DNA of 64,000 nucleotides from Takakia lepidozioides. Its lineage: Eukaryota; Plantae; Bryophyta. The translations under genes were made by a program, and so were the position numbers. Below the pieces are notes generated by a model that did no database searches, was not told the origin of the DNA, and worked only from the letters and a program-made list of their open reading frames with translations. The stretch lies in contig CM060732.1 in assembly GCA_030704615.1 (NCBI GenBank), positions 12,524,001-12,588,000 of the forward strand. Direction: 5' to 3'. Numbering within the stretch: position 1 is the stretch's first letter; each line of letters starts with the position of its first letter. This document shows, piece by piece, positions 11,564 through 25,613 of this stretch.

Positions 11564-14500
11564 CATTTTTTTCCACCCTATCTTTAGGTAATATTGTAAA
11601 ACCCTTTGTTTCTTAACACCCTATTTTATATAATCGTTTTTGCAACAGTTAATTAGACCATATTTTAAATTGTCATTTTAAATAATTGTAAAATTTCAAA
11701 GGAGGTACACAAACAAGTACATTCCATTCATAAGTCAAATGCCTGACCCAAGAAAAAGATTAATTTTCATTAGCCACGAACTCATTCAAAGCCGCAGCAT
11801 CACTTGGATCTAAAGAGTACAAGTTCTGAGATGGTTCAAATGTCATAGTCACTGTTGAGATTAAGGTCTCAACATCAAATCCACTGTGTATCACTGGAAT
11901 CATATTTGAACTTCACAAGGATGGATACATTATACTGTAGATAAAACCCTTTATTACATTAATTTTTTAAGTAAAAGTCTGGACTTTTTGTGACATTTTA
12001 AAAAAAAATGGTTAAAAAACAATGGCTAATCAGTATTGTACTTATATACAGGGTCACACCTAGGTATAAAACACTATGAGCAATGATACATACCAAACTA
12101 TTTTCAGGAATACCACGAATGTACTATGAGACCTAGTTGCATGCCAACTTACCGCCAATAAGGTAATACTATACCCGCCTAGTACCAGAGTGAGGAGGTT
12201 ATGGTTCGAAACCATTACTCTGGGTGTTGCCCTCCGTGCAACCTAGGTCTCGGTGACAATGTTGCTCCATTTTGTTGTTAGGCAGGCAACAAGTGGTGCA
12301 GCTCTTTGAATGTGCACATGGGAGTGGCGGAGAGTTGTTTGTTGTCAAAGAGCACTTCTCTCATTGCAATGGTTGTTGACTGCTTTTCATTTTGATGTAT
12401 GATGCACACTTGAAATTGATGACCTCATCAGAAATACCATACAATGCCTCATATTCCCCAAGTATTGCTCAAAAAACTTCATTATTAGTATATGGGATCT
12501 GTGTATGTCAAAAGACTATATTGAATACACTATTTGTACCCAGCTACATACCAATACTCTACTGCCCTCTCATAATTGGAGCCTTCACAAACGAGTGGTA
12601 TGAGAAAATACCATTACCAGTACACCACGGATTAAGTTGTGTGTGGAGGCTCTATCTACATCATGCCATGGGACAATTTTTTAGTTTTCTTAAATTAAAT
12701 TCATAAAATAATTTTGTGAAAAATAATTTATATATTTGATAGATCTGATTTTGTATGAATTTGAATGTGATATGACTTTGTTACGACTTCGAAATGAATT
12801 TTGTATACAATAGGAATGTAAGCATTCAACAACTGGTCCAATGAGTATAATTAGGACACAAGACTTCATAAATGGTCATGGGCTCACATAGGTGTGATTT
12901 TTTAGTGTTTTTTAGTTGGGCGGTTCTCTGGTTTTGGGTGAAAGAACTGCCAGGTATATACCCACTTAACCTCGGGTATTAGAAATTTCAAATACCCTAG
13001 TCAAGATTGAACCGGAAGATACCACAGTCTATTTACCCGTGAACTTCACTGAACCAGGGGATCTCTAATAGCCATTATTCATAAGAACCTGACCTACGTG
13101 TTCGAATGAGAGGGGAGGGTAAGGGTAAGTGCACCCGACACAGGATCGGGGATGAATATCATGACAGAAAGGATGAAAAAATCACTAGGATTGGGCCACA
13201 TGGAACCGGGTGGTTATCTAGGGTTTATCTAGGGTCAGCGTGGCAGCCTTGAGGAAGATAGAAGAGTACTGACAGTGCTAGAACTGAATGCCAACAGGAA
13301 GATCACTGTTAGCAGTGCTAGAAAATGACCTTAATTAATGACTGACCTTAATTATTGACAATTATGGCCAGGTTCGATTTTTTCTCATACATGCACGTAA
13401 AGGCCTGCCTAGTATGACATATTTGGAGGAGGATTAACCCTTAAATTCCCAAGCGACCTGAATCGGGTCACTTTGAATTTGCAGTTCGACCTAATTTTTG
13501 CAGATCTAATCTGATGACTCCTGAAGCTTTAATGACAAGGGATTTGCGAGTATGATGCACAAAAAAAAAAAAAAAAAAAAAAAAAAGCTTCTACCTACAA
13601 AAAATATCTTAGATCTCTCATTACTATTTGGGGCCTGAAAAGGGCTGTTGACCGCTGACATGGCAGGTAAACAAGCCCAAAACAAATTGCACTCCAAAGG
13701 CCATTTTTGGCAGAAAATTAGCAATTTTGGAAAAAGCACCATTTGGCATGTTGCGGCCCATTCCATAGTACATTTTTTATTTATTCTGCCCATAACAACT
13801 TTTGAATAGAACCGGAGAGAACCGTAGGGAACCGGGTCATCTCTCGGTTCTTTATACGATTCTCTATACCCGAACACCGGATTTGGCGGATAATGCATTA
13901 AAGAAATATAAAACATACCCGTGAAAATATAACTCAGAGATGTACCCTGCACCGGAGGTTCTGTAACTCTCCTTATTTTTAAGACCCCCCCCCCCAAGGT
14001 TCTCTATTTACCTTCCACAAGATAGAACCTACCCTGCAGGTTCTACCCAAAACCAGAGAACCGCCCATCACCGGTCCACTCCCCAAAGGGACAATAGCTG
14101 CAAGGTGTAAGTGCCTAATAATGACATCAGCCGAAGTCTCTTCTCTCTCAAGTTTACTAGTTGTGTTGAATAGATCAGAGACCATATAGTATAAGGTGTG
14201 TGAAGGTGTCCACTTTCCATTGGAAGCTAGTAGGAGATCAACTGAAACCATAAGTAGCTGAAACCATAAGTAGCGCTTGCTTAGGCAAGAGTCCACATGT
14301 TACAAGGTGTGTACAATGTAGTAGAAGGTAGGGTCATGTGTCTATTTGGAGGTTGAATTAGACACAGAATAGATTGGTAGCTAATTATCCATGTACTGTC
14401 CGTGTCTAAAGCAGACTATTTGTCATTTTTGAACATCAATGACTACATTGGACATCCAAATCAAAGTGTTTAGAGAGGATGAGGAGGGGAGGCTATCTAT

Positions 14501-15321
14501 CTAGATACATATGTTTATGTATACACAAGAAGCTCAATCCATAGACTTTGATTTCAGCACAATGAAAGTCATATTTGCATCTCTTATGTTTTCAGACCGG
14601 GCCTTCTTGGCCCTCCCCTAAGGAGACAAGGTTGTAAATTATTGCTACAGATTAGTGCTAACCAAATAAGGAGTGTTACCCCACTTACAGCTACCTTCCG
14701 ACATAGTTCTCATTTTCAGCTTACTTCAGTACTGAAGAAATACAGATAATTTGAACACATGCTAGGTTAGCTAATGACCCCACCTTCTCTAGACTTCAGC
14801 CTGGCTTCCCAGCACTTACCCATTTCTTACATTGAAATCTTACAAAGCTCCATCCTTTATTTCCACAAGCAAACCCACATTTCCATGGTCTAGGCTTTTT
14901 CTGTACAAGTCTCGCCCACCAGTTTTGAATTCTATTAAATTGGATGGAAGAAACAAGAAACGCAGAGGCCAGAAACTCTCAGATTTGAAGTTGAGGACAA
15001 GGAGAGCTTGAGAACCAGTATGTTTGATGCAGTTCAGGCCACCTTCACGAATTCAACTTTCAGGACAGCTTGCCCATTTGGCCTAGCGGCGAGGCAAGGA
15101 TATTCTCCAATGCAGCTGCAGGCTACCTTTGTTGCACTTGATTATACTACAAGAGAATGGGGGATTTATGACTATTTTCACTAGCTGGCAAGGCCGTGAC
15201 AAGTTCTTGGAATATGCCTGGCGCGGATATGTAAAATAATTGGACTATCAAATTTAATCTCTGCATTGATGAATGCTATAGGCAGGTTGAATTGAGGCAC
15301 TCCCTCTTTGAGGAAGAAATT

Positions 15322-18300
15322 TCAAGGCTTCCAAAATGTTTTCTGACAAACTAGGAGTCGCTGTTCGCTGTCTCCAGGGACTTCGACAATGCGAGCTTCC
15401 CAGTGAATTTGAGCAGCTGCTACTCGGGCATCCTCAATCAACCCCACATCGTCTCGCAGCAGAACCCATCCCTAGGCAGTGAAAAACACAACTCGCATGA
15501 ATGTCAATGCTGGCAGGGTCTGTTTCTGCTTCCTCCCTTCGAAAAGCCTATGGTGAGCAGTTGCTCCAGAAGGAGCATATTCTTTCAAGGATATCCTCCG
15601 AGGAACAATTGATGGATAAATTTCTCTCTGTGAGGAGCATATTCTTTCAGGGATATATCCCGAGGAACAATTGACGGATAAATTTCTCTCTGGACTGACT
15701 ATGTCTGCTTCCCAACTTAACAGTGCTTTACTTGGTAACTCTCTACTCTCGTGTGTGTTTTCCTGCAATCTCACCGGTGGGAGGGGGCCCTTTCTTTCCT
15801 GCTCCATCGCATACAGAGATCCTATGACTAGCTTGAGGAAAAAAAAACCTGGTCAAGAGCAAGGGGCTAAAATGAAGTCCTCACGATATCAAGTGTTCTC
15901 AGAGGCAGATCCTATGAAATCTAGCTGCTCCCATACTCATTGACAGGATCACCAAAACTCACTTGGTCATGTTCCCACTGAAAAATAAAAGATGAAAGAA
16001 GAGAGGAGTGTTTACCTCAGGTCTAAGGATACGATCCATTTCAAGAAAGAGACGAGATAGGCCACATGGCTGTGCCCGCTGTTGCTCTTGTGATAGCAAA
16101 TGAACACCATGCAGTAAGTCGTAGGTCCTTGGATAGGTAGGGAATGCTTCACACCTGCACTATGGATGATGAGGTGAGAGAATACGGAGAAATAAGAGAG
16201 GGACGGAGACCAAAAGACTGTCCCGTACTTCCCATACATTGCATCATGTGACATGTGTCCAGATGGAGCACAAAGGGGAAAGTGGGAAAGGAGGGTGAGG
16301 TACAGAATTATGGGGGCCACTACCATCTCTGAAGGTTCATAGATTCTGACAAGTATTACATAATAGAAGAAACAGAAGGAAAAACAACAGGAATGAGCAA
16401 AAATAAGAGGGACAGATGACTACATGTAGACGACATGATGGTCATTCAGACACCTCACAACCAGAGACAGGGGAAGGAACAAGGAACCTACCAGTCATGC
16501 GTAATTCCTACCAGGCCACGGTCATAAATGAAGGGGAGAGTGTTTGGGCCACTTGTAGGGTTGACATTCATCACCCACACAGGTTTTCCAGAAAGCAGCA
16601 GGGCAGCATTGAAGCCACCATAGCCAGCATTCATATCCATCACATTGCGCACTATATTGGATGGAGGAAGAGGGTCCTCGTCCCCTGGTCTTTTGGGGTG
16701 GTCTGAAAATATAAGAGGGGTGAACAGAGTCCAATAGTCCTTCAATGTGGCTGCCCACATGTGCGACTCATCTGTCTGCTCCTCTGAGAGAATACCTGAA
16801 CAGTACCGCCCATTTATTACAATGTCAACAAAGGCCTAACATCAACTGGACAAACTTTAGATACCAATAAAGGGGGCAGTAGACGCAAGGTGACAAGACT
16901 CTTAGTTACGCCAGCTTTTGCCCAAGTCTTCTCTCTCTCTCTAGATACCAAGAAGCACATGTCTCCCACCCCTTCTTTTTAGTCTAGCAAACATATGTCT
17001 TCGTAATCCAGTGAGTGCTGTTAAGACTTCCGATGATGGAAGCTTAACGATTACGATGAACGGTACGAGTGCTCATGAGGAATGAAGGGACTCACCGTTC
17101 TTGGAGGCTTCAGAGCGAGCCAGTAAAAGGCGATCAGGCCACAGGGGTTGCTCATGCACAGGATGCCACCTGCTCTTGGGGCCAACTGCCAAGCATGGCA
17201 GAAGTTTTTGGTCCCAGGCAAAGTCTGCATCGAATTTTCCCTTTTCACATGTTTTGGGTTTGATGACTCGTGACCTGCAATGCAAAGGTTGAGTTTGTCA
17301 TCAGCAGAAAGAAAATTGGTCCCTTTCACCCATACCGGGTAGCATAGTTACCACTAGCCAGTGTTGGGCATAAACAGAGGCTATCACAATTATTGCCATT
17401 GTCTAGCATGTCCTTGCCCACACAAAATTCAGACCAAATGGGAATTGAAACGAAATAGTACTTAGTAAAGTTTGCTGGAAAAGGCCTTCGAAAGCTCATA
17501 GAGCTTCTGGGACAAGAGAAAGGAAGAAACAAGAAAGAGAGAGGCCATCCACAAAGCAACAATTTTTCAAGGGATTGTCTAAGAGTCAACACCTCATGCA
17601 GTTCAGCTGCCAAACATTTCTGATCCTCGTAAAGGAAGACCTCCGCTGGCGGTTGGGTATCATGGAACATATAATTGAACCTCTCCCACAGAAAGAGTCA
17701 AGAAAGAGTCAAGGAGAGTAGGCTGTTGTATCTACCTAGAGGTGTAGCAGGAAATATCCGTGGTTTTTTGCCAGATCGTGGTCTGACCTCGCCGAGATAT
17801 TTTGTCCCAGCATATCCTGTTTGCCAAGTCATGGATTTCCTTCGCAACTTTCTCATTGCCATGAATCCGCTTGGAGCCCTGCAGTTGAGCCGGTGATGAT
17901 GTCCACACAAAGTAGCCTCCGGGTCTCAAAATTCTATCGATCTCTAAAAGAGATATTCCATCTGATAGGGCAGACAAGCCAGTCGTGAGTTTCAACCAAG
18001 GCCACAAATTCCTGAAGCTTAAATACATCTAATAAGAAAACTGGGTAATATTTTTCCTTCAGCTCAACAGTTCTTGCTGAACTTGCAAGTGTCATGCAAA
18101 CGAGGTGGTATCAAATTGATCTTCACATGCAAGGCCACAGCAATCGAAATGTTACAGGAACATTGAGATGCCCCTGACTAGATTGGTGAGTTTGCATACA
18201 GGTAGGAGTTAATGTTACCTTCTGCCTGAAACTCAACAGCACAGTGAACCATATCAAAGGCAAAGCTTGGCACAGGCATTTGATGGGAAGATGTCAGCGT

Positions 18301-20131
18301 CCCCACAATAGCTGGTAGACCCCGCTCGAGGGCCATTTGAACTTGTCCTCCACTGGGTGTGTATGGGGCCAAAGTGAGAGTCATCACATTGTGTGAAACA
18401 AAGTGTGCCCCTAAGCTGCCAAAGCAGCAACCCATGTCCAAAACTGTTCGAATCTGCATTTGACATTATCAGTCTTGAATACAATCTTGACATCCACAGA
18501 GAAACTTGGAATGCCTACAAATTACGGAAGTAAACGCTACATGTCAAAACTATAGGCAGATATAAACATGGTACTGCCTGCCATGGGTCTACATGAACAA
18601 CAGAAACAAAGAGCAATAACATTGCAAGCCAGAATCAGATTCTAGAAGCTATTCTTCATTAGTGCTCACATTGGAAAAAGTCAAGATTACAACTTTATCT
18701 ACCCTCCTTTCATCAGTTCAGACCATTGCTTTTATACTCGGTCAATCTTCACATATAAATGAGAAGCCAGAGAGAGGAGAGACTGACCCCAGCATGAGTG
18801 AATAGAGTATCGTTATCAAGCCCAAGCATCACAGCAATCTGCTGTGAGTAGTCATCTGTGATTTGAGCTGCCTCCCCTGTAAATGTAATCTGTGTTGACT
18901 CCACCAGCACTGACCTGTGAAAATCAAGTGCACGCGATGGCCAGTAATAAATAAAGATTGAAAAACATGACATCCATGGAAGGCCACTCAGGTCCCTAAA
19001 CAGCTGCAGAGAAAGTAATTTACCTTTCCTCATGATAGGAGAGCCACTAGCACGTTTGTAAGTTTTTAAGGTGACCCTACTTATCAAAGCAACATGCACT
19101 GCTCAGCTAAGATGAGGCAGGAGAGCCATGCCCCAAGGCACTTCAGTAGCCCCGTCCTGCCACACTATGTGAAAGGAATACAACCAGAAGGAACCTAAGT
19201 TCACAGCTTCAACTATATCATAGCCACAATACCTTTTCACTCTCCTCACTGACGGCAGTAGGTGGTCCTCGGTGCCCTTCACATTGCGGAGCCAGATAGC
19301 GTCTCGACTCTCTGGCCACTTGAGAGGTAGCCGGTAGCCCTTAGGAACTGGAATCAGGCAATGCAATCTTGAAGAAGAATCTACATCACAGTGTCGGTTG
19401 AATTCATCCCCACCTGTGTATCCAGCTGCTGCATTTGCCGTCACATTGTAACACGGGACAAAATTTTCCATCCCTCTTCCACAGACAGCCAATTCCCCAG
19501 GCCTTACCATGCCTAGCCCCATGATTCCACCACGGGCAAGTTCCTGTAAGACTGCTTGTTGGAGCACTCGGTAGCTTTTTACGGAGAAAGTGAGAGATGG
19601 TCCTGGGCGAACAGAGCTGAGGACAGCAATTATCACACAGACACTAATCAAACACAGGATGGTGTACGTGAAAATCTGAAGGCATACAAGGTTTCGATTG
19701 CGGGCTGCCCCAGACACTGAGTTAGTGTATGGGAGGGGCTGTGGAGAGAAGCAGGGGTTCCAAAAACATAAAAGAGAAGGCTGAGAGGCTTTCTCTATGG
19801 TGGTCGTTTTTAGTGGAATGCCATTTGGGGTAGGACTGAGGATAGTTTCTGGCGTCCTTGGGAGCACTGGACGGACTCCATTTTGCATCAGCTTTTGGGG
19901 TGTCCGCTGTAAGGGAGGTGGGGAAAGCTCTTGAAATAGCTGTTTCATCCATAGCCGGATTGAGTGTGGAAAGAAAGTGATCAACACGTCACGTGTGGCT
20001 CGCCAACGCTGTCTCTCCCCCTCATCCTCTTCCTGGATTCTTTTTGGAGGTGTTTGTGGGACATCCTCAACCGCTCGGGTTTTAGACTCAGGAGTGCGAA
20101 CTGAAGAAGTGCGCTGAAGAGGCCTTGACAT
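15322..20131 (-). CDS. Probable pectin (homogalacturonan) methyltransferase, QUA2/TSD2-like (PMT, Methyltransf_29 family), 8 coding exons
   Basis: GT-AG exons approx 20131-19233, 18914-18788, 18453-18219, 17961-17736, 17274-17096, 16795-16492, 16154-16016 and 15471-15322. Motifs: MSRPLQR N-terminus, a TM helix, [75 protein letters not shown] and [12 protein letters not shown]. Confidence 0.9.
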
Positions 20132-23100
20132 TTTCTCATTCACCTTCTTTGCACTTAACACTGATGACACTGCCATGGACAACCAACCACACTACTGTCA
20201 CAGTGAGAAATGATGAGATGCCATTAGGCAAGCTCAAGTTACACGCACATGAAGGTCACTGAGAGTAAAAACATACAAAATCAATGTGAGAGCATAGTAA
20301 ACTGAGAGTAATTAGATACACACACGCACACCTGGTTGCCACAAGGATCTTTAGGTGATGAATGGCCTCCAGGGAAGGGACATAACCTAATCTGCATTGC
20401 AGACACTGGGGGAGAGGAAGAACATACACAGACTAAATAAATAAAATTATATACGGGTGCACAATGTCAAGAACAAACTATCCCAATCACTTTAAAGAGA
20501 TGCTGAAATATCCACTAGTACTGTCGTTTATGGAACTATACATCAGCAATGATATCATCGGATAGGCACAATGGGTTAGGGGGCAATTGCCAGAAGGAAA
20601 GAAAAAATTCTTTAGTGGGTACAACTGACAGTGGGGTTGAGTTTAGCTCATGAAAGGGGCACCTGAATGATTCTCCCTAATCCATCAACAATCCAGCACC
20701 ACTAAAGGAACAGTGGGAAAGTCATGTGGAAAGTCAGATCAGTGCTCACTGAGCTTCCTTTGAATCATGAGAAGACACCTGAAGAGGGAGGGCTCATGGG
20801 ATTCCTCACTAGTACAGACATTTTCGCAACCCCAGGGATCCTCTTTTCCAGACCAACGGGAGAGCAGTTGCAGGAATTTTCCAAGGCCCCAGTAGATACC
20901 ATTTGAAGTGGCCGAGTAGCTCCTGGCTTGCCCTTGAAAGCTTTCATTATCAATCTGCACTTATGTTTACTGTGACAGTAGAAGCTACTTTGGCAAGAAA
21001 AAACCTATTCCATACCATTATTGATTAAACGTCTATGTATCACATTGCTATAGAAACTTCCGTGAAAGCTATGAAAACTAAAATCCTTTAACTCTTCCGT
21101 GATTCTCGATTACTCACCTGCCAGTCTGTACATACAAGCCAAAAGCTAATCAAGATTTCAAGGAAAAAATCCATGATGGCAAATACAGTAGGTTGATTTC
21201 GCCAACAAAGTTTCACGCTGCAGGACTGAGGGATGTGAAATATTTCATTACGCCTTCTCTTTCAATTCAGAATGCTGCCCTAGGGAAAAATTTCTACAAT
21301 TGCTCACGCCCCATGCGGAAGAAGTTCAAGAAGAAAGGATAGAAACCAGGAAAGAGATTACTCACTGTGCTATAGGAGGATGGATCTGGTATCTCCACCG
21401 AGACCAACCATAGCTGAGATGTACGACAATAAGTGATGGTTTACTCGGAAACGGGCTAATCACACTAAGGGTTTATCTGGCAGGTCCTGGACAGAATAAC
21501 GATTCGTCCCTATTATCTTGGCAGCTTCCGCCATCACGGCCACAACGTCCCACAGATCATGTCCCTGGGCACATCTTGCAGCCGATCGTTCAGTCCTCAG
21601 CCATCCATTCCCTGCTGGGTCTCTCATACATATTCTAAATTTGTCGTACTGTTGGAGGCGAGCATCGTCCCCTGATCGCCATCCTCCTCCCTACTGCGAG
21701 ATTGAGTCGACAGGTAGCTGTCAACCATTCCTCCAAACTGGTGGACACAGAACTGATGTCTTGGCAAGCTCATCAACTTCCGGCATTACAGACCTTCCCC
21801 AGGTTACTTTGCTCTGCACGACAAGGAAAGAAAACAACTCCGGGAATCGTAGTTGAGTAGGAATGTAAGAAAAGTAGCACACTATCGGCTTGCCGACTTG
21901 AGACCAGGAGAAAGAGCAAGAGAAAGAGAGAACACTACGTGGAACAGTGCACACACACAAGGTCAGTTCGGCTGTGGGACGCTGACTGCTCTGCTTAAGC
22001 CCCCAGTCTTGGAAGAGCCAAGGAAGCCAATGGCTACAGTATAAGAGATTTCAAACTTCCAGGAACACCTCTAGGCCACCAACACACACTGTCGAGAAAA
22101 CCAAGACACAGAAAGAGATGAAGAGAAAAGATGATACGGAGACGGTGCGGGGAACGACAAAACCGGTACAAACTAGAGAAGTATCACAAGCCACATCGAC
22201 AAAGCGAAGAGAAACCTGATTCTAAGCGTTGCTACAGACACTGTGGAGCCTGGATGGGAGATAAAACGATATCCTCAATGCTGAAATAGGGGAAGGACAT
22301 ACCCCGCAAAACAGGTGAAGATTACATGACAAAAGCGGAAAAAATCTGAGTAGAGTCGGAAGACAAAGACACTCTCAAAGACGACCTGGACATCAGGGGA
22401 AGACCTCGGCACCGCTCCACACGGACGAAGCTCAATACGCAAAGCTTCGCATCAGATTATTGTTGCATGCAGTCCGATCGCTTGTTGATCGAAGACACTC
22501 CAACATACATCTGATGAGATTGCAAGACAGGACAAGGGCAGCCGACAATGCGCGGAGGGGACGGAGAGTAGCCTGCTATGCCGGACACCTGCACACAGAT
22601 GCCTCTTTTTCGTAGCTTTTCCCGGTCATTTCCTTCTATTTCCTGGCTACAGGGTAGGTGGTGACCTGCCCTGGAGTAGGTGCCAACCGGCTCGCTCTTC
22701 GTACTCGGCAGGATTTTAACCGCTTCTCTCGGTTGAAACAGTTTGAGTGGACCCCCTCTCCGACTGTCATTACAGAAGAATAATCAACCCCCTAAATTTT
22801 CGATACCCCGCAAATGATCCGTCGCCACCTGTCTCTTGGATATTTGGAAGCTCTCGTCCACAGCCCGAGTGGACCCCATACTGATACATGGTTTCGATAA
22901 TAGAACATAAAAATCCCACTGTTCTAAAAATAAATCATAGAAAATAATAAAATAAAATAAAAAGTAGAACAGAACATAAATAAATACAACGTGATGAATG
23001 AATAGGTCTTTGAGATGGATGAACAATTGTCGGACCGCAGAACACAACTTGCCAGTGACCGGTATTTTCCGGTGATAGCAGATCTATCCACCCGCGGATC

Positions 23101-23859
23101 CCGGCCACGCCGTTCCGGGTCACTGTTTCACTACCGGTTTTCCCTTTTCTTTTGTAATAATAATAATAACAATATTATTATTATTATCTCCAAAGTTTCA
23201 CCGAAAAATGATTCATCCATGTACCGCACCGCAACAAGAGATATCTGGCAAAAGTGCAGTGCCAGTTGTTCCGTCCTTTTACGACCCATCACTCATGCCA
23301 GACAAGAAAATCCACTGTGTGACCGATAGAGGCAGTCACCGCTCCAACTTACGGCATACCATCCATGATTCGAACCCAGGACCGCCAATCCACCTGGCCT
23401 ACCCCTTAATGGGCAGTTAAAGATTTTCATTCATCCCGGACTAGATCCTGGAGGGGAAATAGGTGGATGAAGCCGTATTCGTGAATGGATCTCATCCGAG
23501 GTAGGGCCGCAACGGTGATCACATGGGTGTTAAATGCGGTGCGCAGTCAGCGGGGCAGGCTTTACAGTCTCCCGGAGATAACGGTTGCAGGATCACCGGA
23601 TAACCCGGTCATCTGAACCGGCACATGCCCAGAAACTGGATGCAGAGGATGTGTGTGCAAGTACCTAGTACGTAGGTAGGTAGGAGGTAGGTATGTATTG
23701 GTAGGGAGTGTATTTAGTCGGTACGAGGATGACCCAAGTATGATCAGAGTGTCACATCACAAATCTCAACCATTGGTTACTTGTATAGAAATGGACGGTG
23801 TCAAAATATGTAAAGGCCTGAGGGTCTGGGGTTCAATCCCCTGTGTACGTCCGTCTTGC

Positions 23860-25613
23860 TTAAGTCGATCTAGATGTGCTCTCTTGACTGCCATGCTCTT
23901 GTAAGAAATGCTCCGCCTCCAAGGCCGCCATGCAACCTAATTTTCCAGGGAGTGAGCGCTGAGTACTCTGTCTCTCTCCTCTCCCTCCACTCTATCGTGG
24001 ACAGAGCAACCACAGCACATACATTTACGCTAGAGAAAACTTAGAGGGTGGAAAGATATAAGACAAACTTAAAACAAGTGAATATATGTGAAACTGTCTT
24101 CATAATCTATGGCGTTCCCATCGATCTTACCTATGTCATCAAAGGGCTCCTAACTGAACTGCAACCGGACTACATTCTCAGTGGACTCGATCGCAACCCA
24201 TAAGACCCTAAGTATTACCAATTGGTAGAAATCCGTATGCATTTGAATGCGAACCATGAAAAAGCTGGTCTGCTCGAGAACACTGATCAAGAATCCCATT
24301 CACAAGCTACATCCAGAGCCTTCTATGGCTTTCTGACGTTGCATCACTACTCAACCTGAAGGTCGACTGACTTTTCAAAGTACATTACTTGGGCACCTGC
24401 AAAATGTATAAGTTCTAATATAGTCCAATATCATGTGCGAATGTAGCTCCTTGGCCTTGGGAATCCTCATGAATCTGGAAAGGTTTGAATTGCTCTAGAT
24501 AATGAAAAGAGCGAGAACGTACCTGTGCCAGCAGCTGTGATAGCTTGTCGGTACTTTTTATCCTGGACATCACCAGCAGCAAATACGCCAGGGACGCTGG
24601 TATGAGTGGTGCCTGGTTTAGTCACCACATATCCATTAGCATCCGTTTCCAACTGCCCATTTAAAAATTTGGAGGCTGGGTCGTGCCCAATGGAAAAGAA
24701 CAGCCCCGAAACTTCCAAGGGTGCCACAACTCCAGTTTTCACATTCTTCACCTGAAAAACATCCCAAAGGGCTGTCGAGACGTCAGCAACTTAAATACAA
24801 TGTTCACCATGATCCATATTGTCCAATCTCACGAATACATCTTGAAGTTTCCAAATATTGTCATCTAAAATACTTGTGTACATGCTTGAAAAACTTCTCA
24901 AGAAATGTATTGCATACCTGCAAGCCACCAAGGAGACCCTTGTCGTTGCCTACAGATTCAACCACAGTGCTATTCCACAGAACAGAAATCTTGGGATTAT
25001 TCATCGCTCGTGCTTGCATGATCTTGCTCGCCCGAAACACATCACGCCTATGAATTATGTACACTTTGGTTCCGTATTTTGTCAAAAAATTTGCTTCCTC
25101 CATGGCCGCATCACCTCCTCCAATAACAGCTAAGGGCTTGTTTCTAAAGATGCGGGCTGCCCCATCACATACAGCACAGGCTGAAATACCTTTGTTCCAA
25201 AACCCATCCGACCCCTTGAATTCCAATTTTTTAGCAACTGCCCCAGTTGCAACTATCACAGTATGCGCCTCTACTTCCTTTGAATCTGTGTATAGTCGAA
25301 AGGGACGTCTTAAGAAATCAACACGATTGATTGTCTCGCTAAAGACTCTTGTCCCAAATCGAATGCTTTGCGCCTTAAACTTCTCAGTCAAATCTACCCC
25401 CAATATTCCCTCGGGAAATCCTGGAAAATTCTCTACGTCCGTTGTTGTAGTAAGCTGCCCCCCTGGTGCAACACCATTGGCCATCCACCCCTCGAAAAGA
25501 ATGGGATGGAGCTCAGCTCTGGATGCATAGATTGCGGCTGTGTGGGCAGCGGGTCCAGAACCCACAATACACACCGAGGTGAGCAACTTCTCAAGTGTGG
25601 CCATGGTTGGCAC
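23860..25613 (-). CDS. NTR: NADPH-dependent thioredoxin reductase (NTRA/NTRB type), 3 exons
   Basis: Exons 25613-24918, 24751-24523 and 23936-23860. Motifs: [27 protein letters not shown], active site [24 protein letters not shown] and [12 protein letters not shown]. Confidence 0.93.

Noticed and set aside
15472-15807. 111-aa ORF and ~62-bp duplication within the methyltransferase locus
   Set aside because: Lies in the last intron and has no family motifs.
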